Positions 39,494 through 49,300 of a stretch of 64,000 nucleotides of DNA are shown here, in pieces (position 1 is the stretch's first letter; every line of letters begins with the position of its first letter). Below the pieces are notes generated by a model, which worked only from the letters and a program-made list of their open reading frames with translations, was not told where the DNA came from and did not search any database. The position numbers were made by a program, and so were the translations under genes. The DNA comes from a bacterium (GTDB lineage: Bacteria; SAR324; XYD2-FULL-50-16; G965216635): contig OZ244188.1 in the NCBI GenBank assembly GCA_965216635.1, forward strand, positions 544,001 through 608,000, in the 5' to 3' direction.

Positions 39494-41113
39494 ATGAAAA
39501 AAAAAAATAAAACGAAAAATAATCACAGTCCAGCTGAGATTTTAGAGGCTATCAATAGTTGTCGTGAGGAGATTATTAGAAACCCAGAAAATGCCGCTTT
39601 ATACATAAAATTAGCCGAACTCCAAGAGCTAGATGGCAATCAAATAGAGGCTATCCACGCCTATCAAACTGCTACTCAAAAGGATCCTAAGAATTTAGAA
39701 AGCTATTACCGATTAGGTTTGATTTATCACAAACAAGGATTGCATAATAGAGCCATAGATAGTTTAGAAATGGCTTTAGAACTGGACTTAAAAAACAAAA
39801 AAATATGGAATAATTTAGGTTATATTCATTGGGAAAAAGGGGAGTGGGATAGAGCTCGTTTGTGTTATGAAAAAGCATTAGAAATTGAACCTGAAGACAA
39901 GCAGACAAAGCGTAATCTTTCTTCTTTAAATTATCTACTCGGCAAATTTGAAATAGCAGAAAACTTAATTCAACAGGTTTTCAAAGAGGAGAAAGAAAAA
40001 AATATAGAGGATAGAATGCAGCTAGCTTCTTGTTTGGTTGCTTTAAAAAAATATAAAGAGGCATCCGATCATTACAAGAAAGTACTGGAAAAACAACCTG
40101 AAAATGCTCGGTTACTGAATGCTTTTGCAAGCTGCCTGCAAGCACTTGGTGACACAAAAAAGGCTTCCGATTACTATACGAAGTCGTTGAGAATACAACC
40201 CGATAACATTGATTTTAATTTTAATTATGCAGAATTTTTATACGAAGAAGGCAAATTCAAAGAGGCTGCAAAATTATTTAAAACAATTCTAGCTCAAGAA
40301 CCAGAAGATATAGAGACTTTAAAATATTTGGCTGGTTGTTTAGAAGAATCGGATAGCAAGAAAAGTTTAGAGCTTTTTCAAAAAGTAGTAAAGCTGGATC
40401 CTGATAATATTTTTGCTCTTAAAAAAATAGCAGCTATCCAAGAAAAAAACCAACTTCCCAATGAAAACTCTGTAATCCGCCAAAAAATTCATAGCTTAAA
40501 ACCTAACGATTGGGACAATAATTATGAACTAGGAAAAATCTATTTAGAACAAAATAAAATTTTAAAGGCTTGGGATCTCTTAAAATACAATCCAAAAATA
40601 GAGAAAGAAAACATCAAACTTATTTTAAGAATAGCAGAAAATTTTCAATTCAACAAAGACAGTTCCAACGAGATTGATTCTTTAAGGCTTGTTGTTAAGA
40701 TTCAAAAAGATCATAATCAGGCTTGGTTTAGATTAGCAGAAATTGCTATGGATCATAAAAGTTTTGTCCACGCTTATAAGTATATTCTACAATCTAAGCT
40801 ATGGTTAGAAGGAGATGTGCTTTTTATCAAAAAACTTAGCCTTGCTTTACTTGCGGCGGACGAAAAAGAAAAAGCTGTAGAACTTTCTCAATACCTACTT
40901 CCTTCTTTAGCTATTCACTCTATATTGTTAGAACCTTTTTTAGAAGAGTTAGTGAAAAAAAACGAGCTAGACTACTGGATGCAGCAAAATACTTCCCAAT
41001 TTAAAAAATTAGATAAAAGCACTAAACATAATTTAGATACATTGCTTGTAAAGGTTAGAGAAAAAATTCCCCTAGCTAAAAATACAACAGCTAAAACTAC
41101 CCGAGATCTTTAG
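39494..41113 (+). CDS. Tetratricopeptide repeat protein
   Basis: Multiple TPR units such as WNNLGYIHWEKGEWDRARLCYEKALEIEP. Confidence 0.9.
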   Translation: MKKKNKTKNNHSPAEILEAINSCREEIIRNPENAALYIKLAELQELDGNQIEAIHAYQTATQKDPKNLESYYRLGLIYHKQGLHNRAIDSLEMALELDLKNKKIWNNLGYIHWEKGEWDRARLCYEKALEIEPEDKQTKRNLSSLNYLLGKFEIAENLIQQVFKEEKEKNIEDRMQLASCLVALKKYKEASDHYKKVLEKQPENARLLNAFASCLQALGDTKKASDYYTKSLRIQPDNIDFNFNYAEFLYEEGKFKEAAKLFKTILAQEPEDIETLKYLAGCLEESDSKKSLELFQKVVKLDPDNIFALKKIAAIQEKNQLPNENSVIRQKIHSLKPNDWDNNYELGKIYLEQNKILKAWDLLKYNPKIEKENIKLILRIAENFQFNKDSSNEIDSLRLVVKIQKDHNQAWFRLAEIAMDHKSFVHAYKYILQSKLWLEGDVLFIKKLSLALLAADEKEKAVELSQYLLPSLAIHSILLEPFLEELVKKNELDYWMQQNTSQFKKLDKSTKHNLDTLLVKVREKIPLAKNTTAKTTRDL

Positions 41114-41117
41114 GTAT

Positions 41118-42593
41118 ATGTTAACGCCTCAGCTAATACAAAAAATCACGCAAGCAGAATGCTTTTTTGTTCCCCAAAAATGGCAAGAAAAAGATTGGAG
41201 AAAAACTTTGTGTGGTGCTGCTTTTGATACAAGAACTCTAAAAAAAGAACAAATTTTTTTTTGTTGGAAAGGCGAGCAAGTAGAAGGAAAAAGGGCAGAT
41301 GGACACTCCTACTTAAAGCAGTTACAAAAAAGTCCCATTCGCTTGGTAATTATAGAAAAATCTTTTGCGTTTCAAGAAATATTTAATTCACCTGCAAAAA
41401 TCGGTTTTGTTATTTTAAAAGTAAAAAACAGCAGAGAAGCTCTACACAAAATTGCTAGTTTTGTAGCAAAAAATTTTTCAGGTAAAATTGTAGCTGTCAC
41501 TGGCTCCAGCGGAAAAACTACGGCAAAAAATTGGTTAGCTACAGTTTTAGCAAAAAAATATAAAGTTTTGGAGAGTTATGGGAGTTTTAATAATTTGATT
41601 GGCTGCCCCATAAGTCTTTTGTCTTTAAAAAAAGAAAACCTTGTTGTGCTTGAAATGGGAACTTCAGAAAAAGGAGAAATTGCCAAGCTCGTCAATATTA
41701 TTCAACCTCATTATTCTGTTCTACTCAATGTAGGGCTTGCCCATTTGAAATACTTCAAAAATCTCAAAACAACCTACCAAGAAAAAACAGCTATTTTTTC
41801 TTCGTCCCGTCTAAAACGAGGATTTTATAGCTCTAGCATTACTCCTAAGCCTAAGCAAAAAAAACTATCTAGATTTGGTGCTGCATCTTCTTATAACTGC
41901 GATCTATTAAAAATAAATTTAAAAAAAAAAAAAACTTTATGCAAAATTCAATTTAAGCAAAACAAAGAAGAACTAGATTTTTCCGTTTTGGGTTATCACT
42001 TAAAAGAAACAATTTCTATGCTCCTAGCGGTAGCGGATGCTTTAGGATTGAGTTGGCAACAAATAAAAACGCGACTAAAAAAATTGAGTCCAGTAGCAGG
42101 TAGAATGAAAATTTTAGCTAGAAAAAATAATCGTTTTATTATAGATGATAGTTATAACGCCAACCCAAATTCTGTAATTAACTTGCTAAATACCGTTGCG
42201 CTTTGCACGGGATATAAAAAAATTGTAGTGATTGGTTTTTTAGCAGAATTAGAAAAGGATTTAAAAACAACGGTAAAATACTTAAAAAAAAATATCCCTA
42301 AGGGTATAGATAAAATTTATTTTAGTGGCAAGACTGGAAAAATTTTGGCAGAGCAGCTATCCAAGCTAAACTCTATAGAATTTGCTAAAATAGAATCTAC
42401 CAGTAAAGAATCTACCAGTAAAGAATCTACCAGTAAAGAAGCTACCAGTAAAGAATCTACCAGAATAGAGTTTATTGGGGACAAAGCAAATCTGCTACAA
42501 AAAATAAAAAAAGAATTTACCAAAAATAGCGTGCTCGCCATTAAAGGTTCTAGGGTTGCTAAGTTAGAAAACTTATTAAGTAGAATTGTATGA
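41118..42593 (+). CDS. murF: UDP-MurNAc-tripeptide--D-Ala-D-Ala ligase
   Basis: AVTGSSGKTT, SFNNLIG.P, VLEMG, DDSYNANP and KGSR. Confidence 0.93.
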   Translation: MLTPQLIQKITQAECFFVPQKWQEKDWRKTLCGAAFDTRTLKKEQIFFCWKGEQVEGKRADGHSYLKQLQKSPIRLVIIEKSFAFQEIFNSPAKIGFVILKVKNSREALHKIASFVAKNFSGKIVAVTGSSGKTTAKNWLATVLAKKYKVLESYGSFNNLIGCPISLLSLKKENLVVLEMGTSEKGEIAKLVNIIQPHYSVLLNVGLAHLKYFKNLKTTYQEKTAIFSSSRLKRGFYSSSITPKPKQKKLSRFGAASSYNCDLLKINLKKKKTLCKIQFKQNKEELDFSVLGYHLKETISMLLAVADALGLSWQQIKTRLKKLSPVAGRMKILARKNNRFIIDDSYNANPNSVINLLNTVALCTGYKKIVVIGFLAELEKDLKTTVKYLKKNIPKGIDKIYFSGKTGKILAEQLSKLNSIEFAKIESTSKESTSKESTSKEATSKESTRIEFIGDKANLLQKIKKEFTKNSVLAIKGSRVAKLENLLSRIV

Positions 42594-43876
42594 CTAACGG
42601 ACAAAAATTTATAGTCCAAGGAGGCAGAACTCTTTCTGGTTCTATCCGACCTGCTGGCAATAAAAATGAAGCTCTTCCTCTTCTAGCAGCTAGTTTGCTG
42701 ACAGAAGAAAATTTGATTTTACACAATATTCCTCAGATTTTAGATGTCCTTTCTATGAATAAAATTTTAGAAATTTTAGGTGTAGAAATCAGCCATTTTG
42801 AACAAAATAGCCAACAACTCAAAGCTGTAGATATTAAAAAAATTTCCTTACCAGTGGAGCTTTGCCAAAACATACGAGCATCTTTTTTATTACTCGCACC
42901 TCTTTTGCACCGCTTTGGAAAGGTAGAAATTCCTTTACCCGGTGGAGATAGCATCGGAACAAGAAGGCTAGACAGTCATTTTTTGGCACTCAAAAAAATG
43001 GGGATTTCCTACACAAGAAAAGGTAAAATTTATCACTTAGAAGCGAAAAAAATCAAAGGAGCAGATATTCTTTTAGAGGAAGCGAGTGTGATGGCAACAG
43101 AAAATTTGATAATGGTTGCTGTTTTAGCTACAGGTACGACCACTATTTACAACGCTGCTTGCGAACCGCATGTGAGAGGTTTATGTAAAATGTTGCAAAA
43201 AATGGGAGCTAAAATAGATGGTATAGGTAGTAATTTTTTGACGATTGAAGGTGTGAATAGTCTAACAGGAACAGTCTATAAAATAGCACCAGATCATATA
43301 GAAATAGGCTCTTTTATTAGTCTAGCAGCTACTTTACAATCTGAAATTATTATTTTAGAAGGTTGTTTGGCCGATTTAGGTTTAATCCTTCCCACTTTTC
43401 GTAAACTTGGTATTGTAGTAGAAAAACAAGGAGAAGATTTAATCGTTAAAAAAAACCAAGAAATGGCAATTTGCTACGATGATAGAAATTTAATCCCCAA
43501 AATAGACGATGCGCCTTGGCCCGGATTTCCAGCAGATTTAATCAGTATTATGGTAGTGACTGCTTCGCAGTGTAAAGGGAATTTGCTTATCTTTGAAAAA
43601 CTTTTTGAAAGTAGACTTTTTTGGGTGGATAAACTCATCAGTATGGGAGCACAAATAGTGCTTTGCGATCCACACCGTGCTTTGATTAGCGGACATACTC
43701 CTTTACACGGAGAAACCCTTACTTCGCCTGATATTAGGGCAGGGATGGCTTTGTTGATAGCAGCTCTTTGCGCCAAAGGAGAAAGTCAAATTTTTAATAT
43801 CCACCAAATTGACAGAGGTTACGAAAAAATAGAACAGAGGTTGCAAGATATAGGTGCGGAGATAGAAAGAAAATAA
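42590..43876 (+). CDS. murA: UDP-GlcNAc 1-carboxyvinyltransferase (Asp-type)
   Basis: KNEALP, IRAS, LPGGDSIGTR, SVMATEN, PWPGFPAD and DIRAG. Confidence 0.96.
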   Translation: MTNGQKFIVQGGRTLSGSIRPAGNKNEALPLLAASLLTEENLILHNIPQILDVLSMNKILEILGVEISHFEQNSQQLKAVDIKKISLPVELCQNIRASFLLLAPLLHRFGKVEIPLPGGDSIGTRRLDSHFLALKKMGISYTRKGKIYHLEAKKIKGADILLEEASVMATENLIMVAVLATGTTTIYNAACEPHVRGLCKMLQKMGAKIDGIGSNFLTIEGVNSLTGTVYKIAPDHIEIGSFISLAATLQSEIIILEGCLADLGLILPTFRKLGIVVEKQGEDLIVKKNQEMAICYDDRNLIPKIDDAPWPGFPADLISIMVVTASQCKGNLLIFEKLFESRLFWVDKLISMGAQIVLCDPHRALISGHTPLHGETLTSPDIRAGMALLIAALCAKGESQIFNIHQIDRGYEKIEQRLQDIGAEIERK

Positions 43877-43882
43877 ATTAGC

Positions 43883-44676
43883 TGAATTAGACATTCTAGT
43901 TCAGCTATACTGCGTTAAAAAAAAAATTTAACTCTTGAAATATTACATATATTCCTGCGAGCTAAATTTTTTTTTTGCCTTGTCTAGCTTTCCTATAATG
44001 CCTAATTCTAGTTCAGCTATACTGCGGTTAAAAAAAAAATTTAACTCTTGAAATATTACATATATTCCTGCGAGCTAAATTTTTTTTTGCCTTGTCTAGC
44101 TTTCCTATAATGCCTAATTCTAGTTCAGCAAAACAGGCTTATTGCTTTCACTCTATACAGGATTTAGCAAAAGCTCCACTGGAGCTTTTGCAGTCTATAT
44201 TGTATTAACTTTAAGTTTTGCAGTGTTTTGCTATACGCCGTTAAAAAAAAAATTTAACTCTTGAAATATTACATATATTCCTGCGAGCTAAATTTTTTTT
44301 TGCCTTGTCTAGCTTTCCTATAATGCCTAATTCTAGTTCAGCAAAACAGGCTTATTGCTTTCACTCTATACAGGATTTAGCAAAAGCTCCACTGGAGCTT
44401 TTGCAGTCTATATTGTATTAACTTTAAGTTTTGCAGTGTTTTGCTATACGCCGTTAAAAAAAAAATTTAACTCTTGAAATATCCTCTTACTGCTATCTAT
44501 TTCATAAGGGTTATAGTAAAAGCTCCACTGGAGCTTTTACACTTCGCTTTCGCTAAATGCAAATTATAGAGTGTTTTTCACTACGATATTCCAGCGAGCT
44601 AAAAATTTTTTTCGCACCTGTTCTAACCATTTGGCTAGCCGTCACAGCAGGTTTTGTCCTATTTGGCAAATTCAAA
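43883..44676. repeat. Composite tandem cluster of RPE/MITE-like modules
   Basis: ttaactcttgaaatattacatatattcctgcgagctaaa three times; aaaagctccactggagctttt hairpin three times. Confidence 0.85.
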
Positions 44677-44739
44677 AACAAATGAAAAAAAGAGAATTTT
44701 TCACTTTTTTTATAAAAATATCTCTTACAATTTTATTAT

Positions 44740-45669
44740 TTATTCGGTAAATCCTAGCATAAGATTCATATTCTGGACAGCGGAGCTAGAGGAGCCTTTA
44801 CCAAGATTGTCTAAAATAGCAATTAAAGAAAATCTATCTTCGTTGCCATAAATGGCAATTTTTAATTGGTTGGTTTCATTACAAAGGCAGGGGTTTAAAA
44901 AACCATCTTGCAGTAGAGTTTCGTCGTTTATTTCGGATACTGAAATAAAGGTTTCGTTTTTGTAACGTCCTTGGTAGCAGGCTTGTATTCTTTTCCAATC
45001 CAAATTTTTACCTGTTGTGTTTTTAGATAGGGGAATTTGCACTATCATTCCTTGCATAAAATTTCCTACTAGGGGGAAAAAATGTGGGCTGTTTTTGAGT
45101 AGTGAGTATTTTGTGATTTCCGGCAGGTGTTTGTGGTTTTGTGCTAAAGCGTAGGCTTGAGTGGGAATTTGTTTTTTGTTGTGAACAGTCAAGTGTTTTG
45201 CGATTAAATCTTTACCACCACCAGAATAACCAGAAAGAGCGGAAATAAAGTAGCAGTTGTCGGGTGTGAGAATGCCTTGTTCTCTTAAAGGGCGTAGCAA
45301 AGAAATAACTCCCAAAGCGTAACAACCAGGGTTGCTGATGTATTTTGCTGTTTGAATTTGCTCTCTTTGCCCGTGACTCATTTCTGCAAACCCATAGACC
45401 CAATCGGGATGGACTCTATGGGCTGTGCTAGCGTCTATGATTTTTGTGGCTGGGTTTTGCACGAGTGAAACCGTTTCTTTAGCAGCAGCATCGGGCAGGC
45501 ATAAAATTACTAGCTCGCATTGATTGATAATTTCTTTTTTTTTTTTTGTATCTTTTTTTTCTGCTTCTTTTAGCTGTAATAGTGTAATTGTTTTTTGCTT
45601 CGCTAGTTTTTCTTCTATTAACAAACCTGTAGTGCCGCTTTTACCATCTATAAAGACTGTGGGTTTCAT
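44740..45669 (-). CDS. argC: N-acetyl-gamma-glutamyl-phosphate reductase (type 2)
   Basis: VFIDG..GTTGL, IDASTAHR, SNPGCY and LDNLGKG. Confidence 0.95.
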   Translation of the reverse strand: MKPTVFIDGKSGTTGLLIEEKLAKQKTITLLQLKEAEKKDTKKKKEIINQCELVILCLPDAAAKETVSLVQNPATKIIDASTAHRVHPDWVYGFAEMSHGQREQIQTAKYISNPGCYALGVISLLRPLREQGILTPDNCYFISALSGYSGGGKDLIAKHLTVHNKKQIPTQAYALAQNHKHLPEITKYSLLKNSPHFFPLVGNFMQGMIVQIPLSKNTTGKNLDWKRIQACYQGRYKNETFISVSEINDETLLQDGFLNPCLCNETNQLKIAIYGNEDRFSLIAILDNLGKGSSSSAVQNMNLMLGFTE

Positions 45670-45677
45670 AGTTTTTT

Positions 45678-46133
45678 TTATTTTGTTAATTCTAACCGCA
45701 TCTCACAACCCTTTTCTTTTTCTGCTAGATAGTTATCAAATTTTTTAGTAATTTCAAAACCTAGTTTTTTAAAAAAAGCAGTGGCAATTTTATTTTTTTG
45801 ATTTAGTTGCACTACCACAGCGTCTAGCTTGATGGATTTGCTGATTTCTTGCGAAAACAAGATAGTTTTTTCGCCCCATCCTTTTCTGCGATATTTTTTT
45901 TCAATGGATATAGAAATAATATCCATCCAGCCTTTGATTTTTTCAATTTTAAGGATTATGTAACCTATAATGGTCTTGTCATTTTTTAAGCAGTATGCTA
46001 CTGTGTCTGGGTGAGATAGAATAGAATGGAGTTGTTCTTTGGGAAGAGCAGTGTCTTTAGGCATATTTTTTAGTTCTAGCTCACAGATAGAATTTAAATT
46101 TTCTGGCTGAAAGGGTGTGATATGGACTGTCAA
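45678..46133 (-). CDS. GNAT acetyltransferase (RimI-like)
   Basis: YRRKGWG and N..A..FFKKLGF. Confidence 0.75.
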   Translation of the reverse strand: MTVHITPFQPENLNSICELELKNMPKDTALPKEQLHSILSHPDTVAYCLKNDKTIIGYIILKIEKIKGWMDIISISIEKKYRRKGWGEKTILFSQEISKSIKLDAVVVQLNQKNKIATAFFKKLGFEITKKFDNYLAEKEKGCEMRLELTK

Positions 46134-46158
46134 TTTTAAAAATTAGTAGTAAATTTTA

Positions 46159-46300
46159 TAGAGCTTTGAATTTCGCTGATGTGACGGCTAGGCAAGGCGA
46201 AAATTTGTAAAACAGCGGAGCATACACGCTAGTATGTGAGCATTTTTTACAAATTTTCTGGCGCTGCATAGGCTAAACAGAATGCAAATTCAAAAGTCTA
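46159..46300. mobile_element. RPE/MITE-like element, short form
   Basis: First ~90 bp nearly identical to the 11419 copy; ends aaattcaaaagtcta. Confidence 0.8.
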
Positions 46301-46335
46301 TAATAGTATAAAAACTTTATCATAAAATAATTAAA

Positions 46336-49300
46336 ATGAAAAAACAACAAAGCTTAACCAACCAAGGTGCAGAGAGACAAAAACTGATCAAACAAACGTT
46401 GGAGCAATTAAAGAAATCCCATAAAAAAGGGGATGTTGGTTTTTTTGTATTTTGTGAAAAAATTGTATCGGAGTATTCCTATACATTTTTAAAAAATATC
46501 TTAAAAATTGAATATTTTTATAACTATCACAAGGATCTTTATAATAAATTCGTTAAAAGTTTAGATCAAAAACTCTATGTCCGTGTGAGTCGTGATATTG
46601 GAATTAAAAATGAAGCTTATAGCAATCGTTTGACAGCGGAAGTGATTTTAAAAAATAGACCTTTTATTGTAGATAGCCTGCAACATTATTTTCTTAAGAA
46701 ACAATACTTCAACACTATCCAACTCATCCATCCAGTTATTTCTGTTGCTAAAGAAGGAGGTAAATTTTCTATCGTAGAAAATGGCAACCCAAAAGAAACA
46801 GAAAAATACTGTTTTGTGATTATTATGTTGGGTTGCTCTTACACTCAAGAAAAGGCGATGAAAACAATGCAAAAGGAAATTTCTACTATCTTGGAAAGCC
46901 TTATTGCAGCGACGGATGATTTTTCTGCTGTCCAAAATAGGCTACTGAATATAGCAGCAAATCATTCTATTACGGATGGCGAAAGAGGAGTGCAAAGACA
47001 TAGTCTCTATCAATGGATTGCAAAAGAAAATATGATTCTTTTGGGTTTAAATAGTCTTGTTTCCAGTAAAATTAAAGCAAATAAATCTTTGGAGTGGAAA
47101 GATTTTTATAAAAATCAAGGACTTTTTGCTTATAACCAACAAAACAACGAAAACAGGTTTTTAGCAGAATTGCAAGAGCATCTTGTGAGTTTTAAACAAA
47201 GTGATTTGTCTGTTGTTTTTATAGAATCTAAACATATTTCTGATATTCACACATCAGAGCCGCTGGTTTATATTATTAGTAGGGAGCACGAAGCAAAAGA
47301 GGAGCGGTTTTATTGTTTGATTTGTTTATTCACCAAAGCATCTAAACTGCTGGATATTATGAAAATTCCTCTGGTTTCCTACAAGTTGATGAATATTATT
47401 TTGGAAGACGATGCTTTAAAACAGGATAGTTACGCTTATAAAACTATTAGAGATTTTTTCAATGGTTTTCCTAAATACGAATGCTTTCGTATGGAAAAAG
47501 ATGAAATTCGTATTCTTTTAAATCAAAGCTCTTTTATTTGGGAACTTTCGCAAATAGAAACAGTTGTTTATTACCTAAAAAACAGAAACTACGCTCGTTT
47601 TGTAGTCTATATTCCAGTAGATACCTTAGTCAATAAAGATTTTGGAAGAATTACAGAATTAGTAGAAGCCTGTGTAGAGCATCCTATAAATAAGGCTTAC
47701 TGGTTTAGTTATGGTGGAGTTGTGCAGTGCCATTTTGTATTCTTTTTGCCTTGCGTGCATAAAGATTTTAGCAAAATCAATACGGCTATTATAGAAGGAC
47801 AGGTAAAATTGATTTTTGAAGAATGGGAGCAATCTTTAGTTTATGCCATAGATGACAATTTTAGCACTTCGGATGCTTCTAAAAATAAAGCCCGTTACCA
47901 AAAAGTATTTGATCAAGTTTTTCAGGCTGCTCATAGAGTGAAACGGGCTACTCATGATATGTCTTATTTCAATGAATTATTGGATAACAACCAAGAATCT
48001 GTAGATGTGATTGAATTAAAAGAAGATCAATCTCGCATTATTCTTTATACAGACCAGATATATTTGCTCAGTCAAATTTTACCTAAATTGCAACACCTTT
48101 CATTGAAGGTTATCAAAGAGGATTCTTACCGTCTAATCATTGAAGGCAGAACCTGTCGCAAACATACCTATAAAGTGGGGCATAAAAAATTGGGAAAAGA
48201 GCAAAGAAAGGTTTTTAAAAACAACCTCAGTGAAGCATTACTTGCCCTACTACAAGGCAGATTGGCGAACGAAAATCTCAACGGGCTTATTACCTGTGCG
48301 GGATTTGATTTTCAACAGGCTAATCTATTCACAGCTCTTAAAAAATATATGTATCAGTTAAAATTTAGCATTGATAGTAACCTTTTAGATAATATTGTTC
48401 TTTCTGAACCTGAGCTGGCTAGTAGCATGATGGAATACTTTGAAATTAAGTTTCAGCCTACTAAAGATGCGCAAAAAAATAGAGAAGAAAAATTGCTAAA
48501 GTGCAAAAATAAAATTTTAGAAAAAATTAGTCAATTGAAGACTCTTACAGAAGATACTATTTTCCGCAATTTTTTTAATTTTATGGAGTCGATGCTGAGA
48601 ACCAATTATTATACCAGAAAAATAGAAGAGGCTCTAGCTTTCAAAATAGAATGCGCTAAAGTTTTAATGATGAGAAATCCTAAACCCTTATATGAAATTT
48701 TTGTTTATGGTGTAGACATGTCGGGTATTCATTTAAGAGGTGGTAAAATTGCTAGAGGAGGTCTGCGTTTTTCTGACAGAAAAGAAGATTTTAGAACAGA
48801 AGTATTGGGGTTGATGTCTGCGCAGATGCTTAAAAATGCGGTGATTGTTCCCGAAGGCTCTAAAGGGGGTTTTGTCATAGAAGAAAAATTCAATACAAGA
48901 GAGCAGATGTTTGTCGTTGTAGAAAAACACTATCGTAGGTTTATCTCAGCCCTTTTGTCTTTAACCGGTAATTTTGCCGCTACTTATGGAGAAGAAAAAA
49001 AAGTAATGCGTCCCGAAAGTGTAATCTGCTACGATGATTATGATCCTTATCTAGTTGTAGCTGCAGATAAAGGCACAGCTCATCTATCCGATGTAGCAAA
49101 TGAAATCAGCAATGCAAAAGGCTTTTGGTTAGGTGATGCTTTTGCGTCTGGTGGCTCTATTGGGTACAACCATAAAGAAGTAGGAATCACTGCAAAAGGT
49201 GCATGGGAATGCGTCCGTATTCATTTTTTTGAGTTAGGTTTGGATATTCAAAACGAGCATTTTTCTGTTGTAGGTATTGGCGATATGGGAGGTGATGTTT

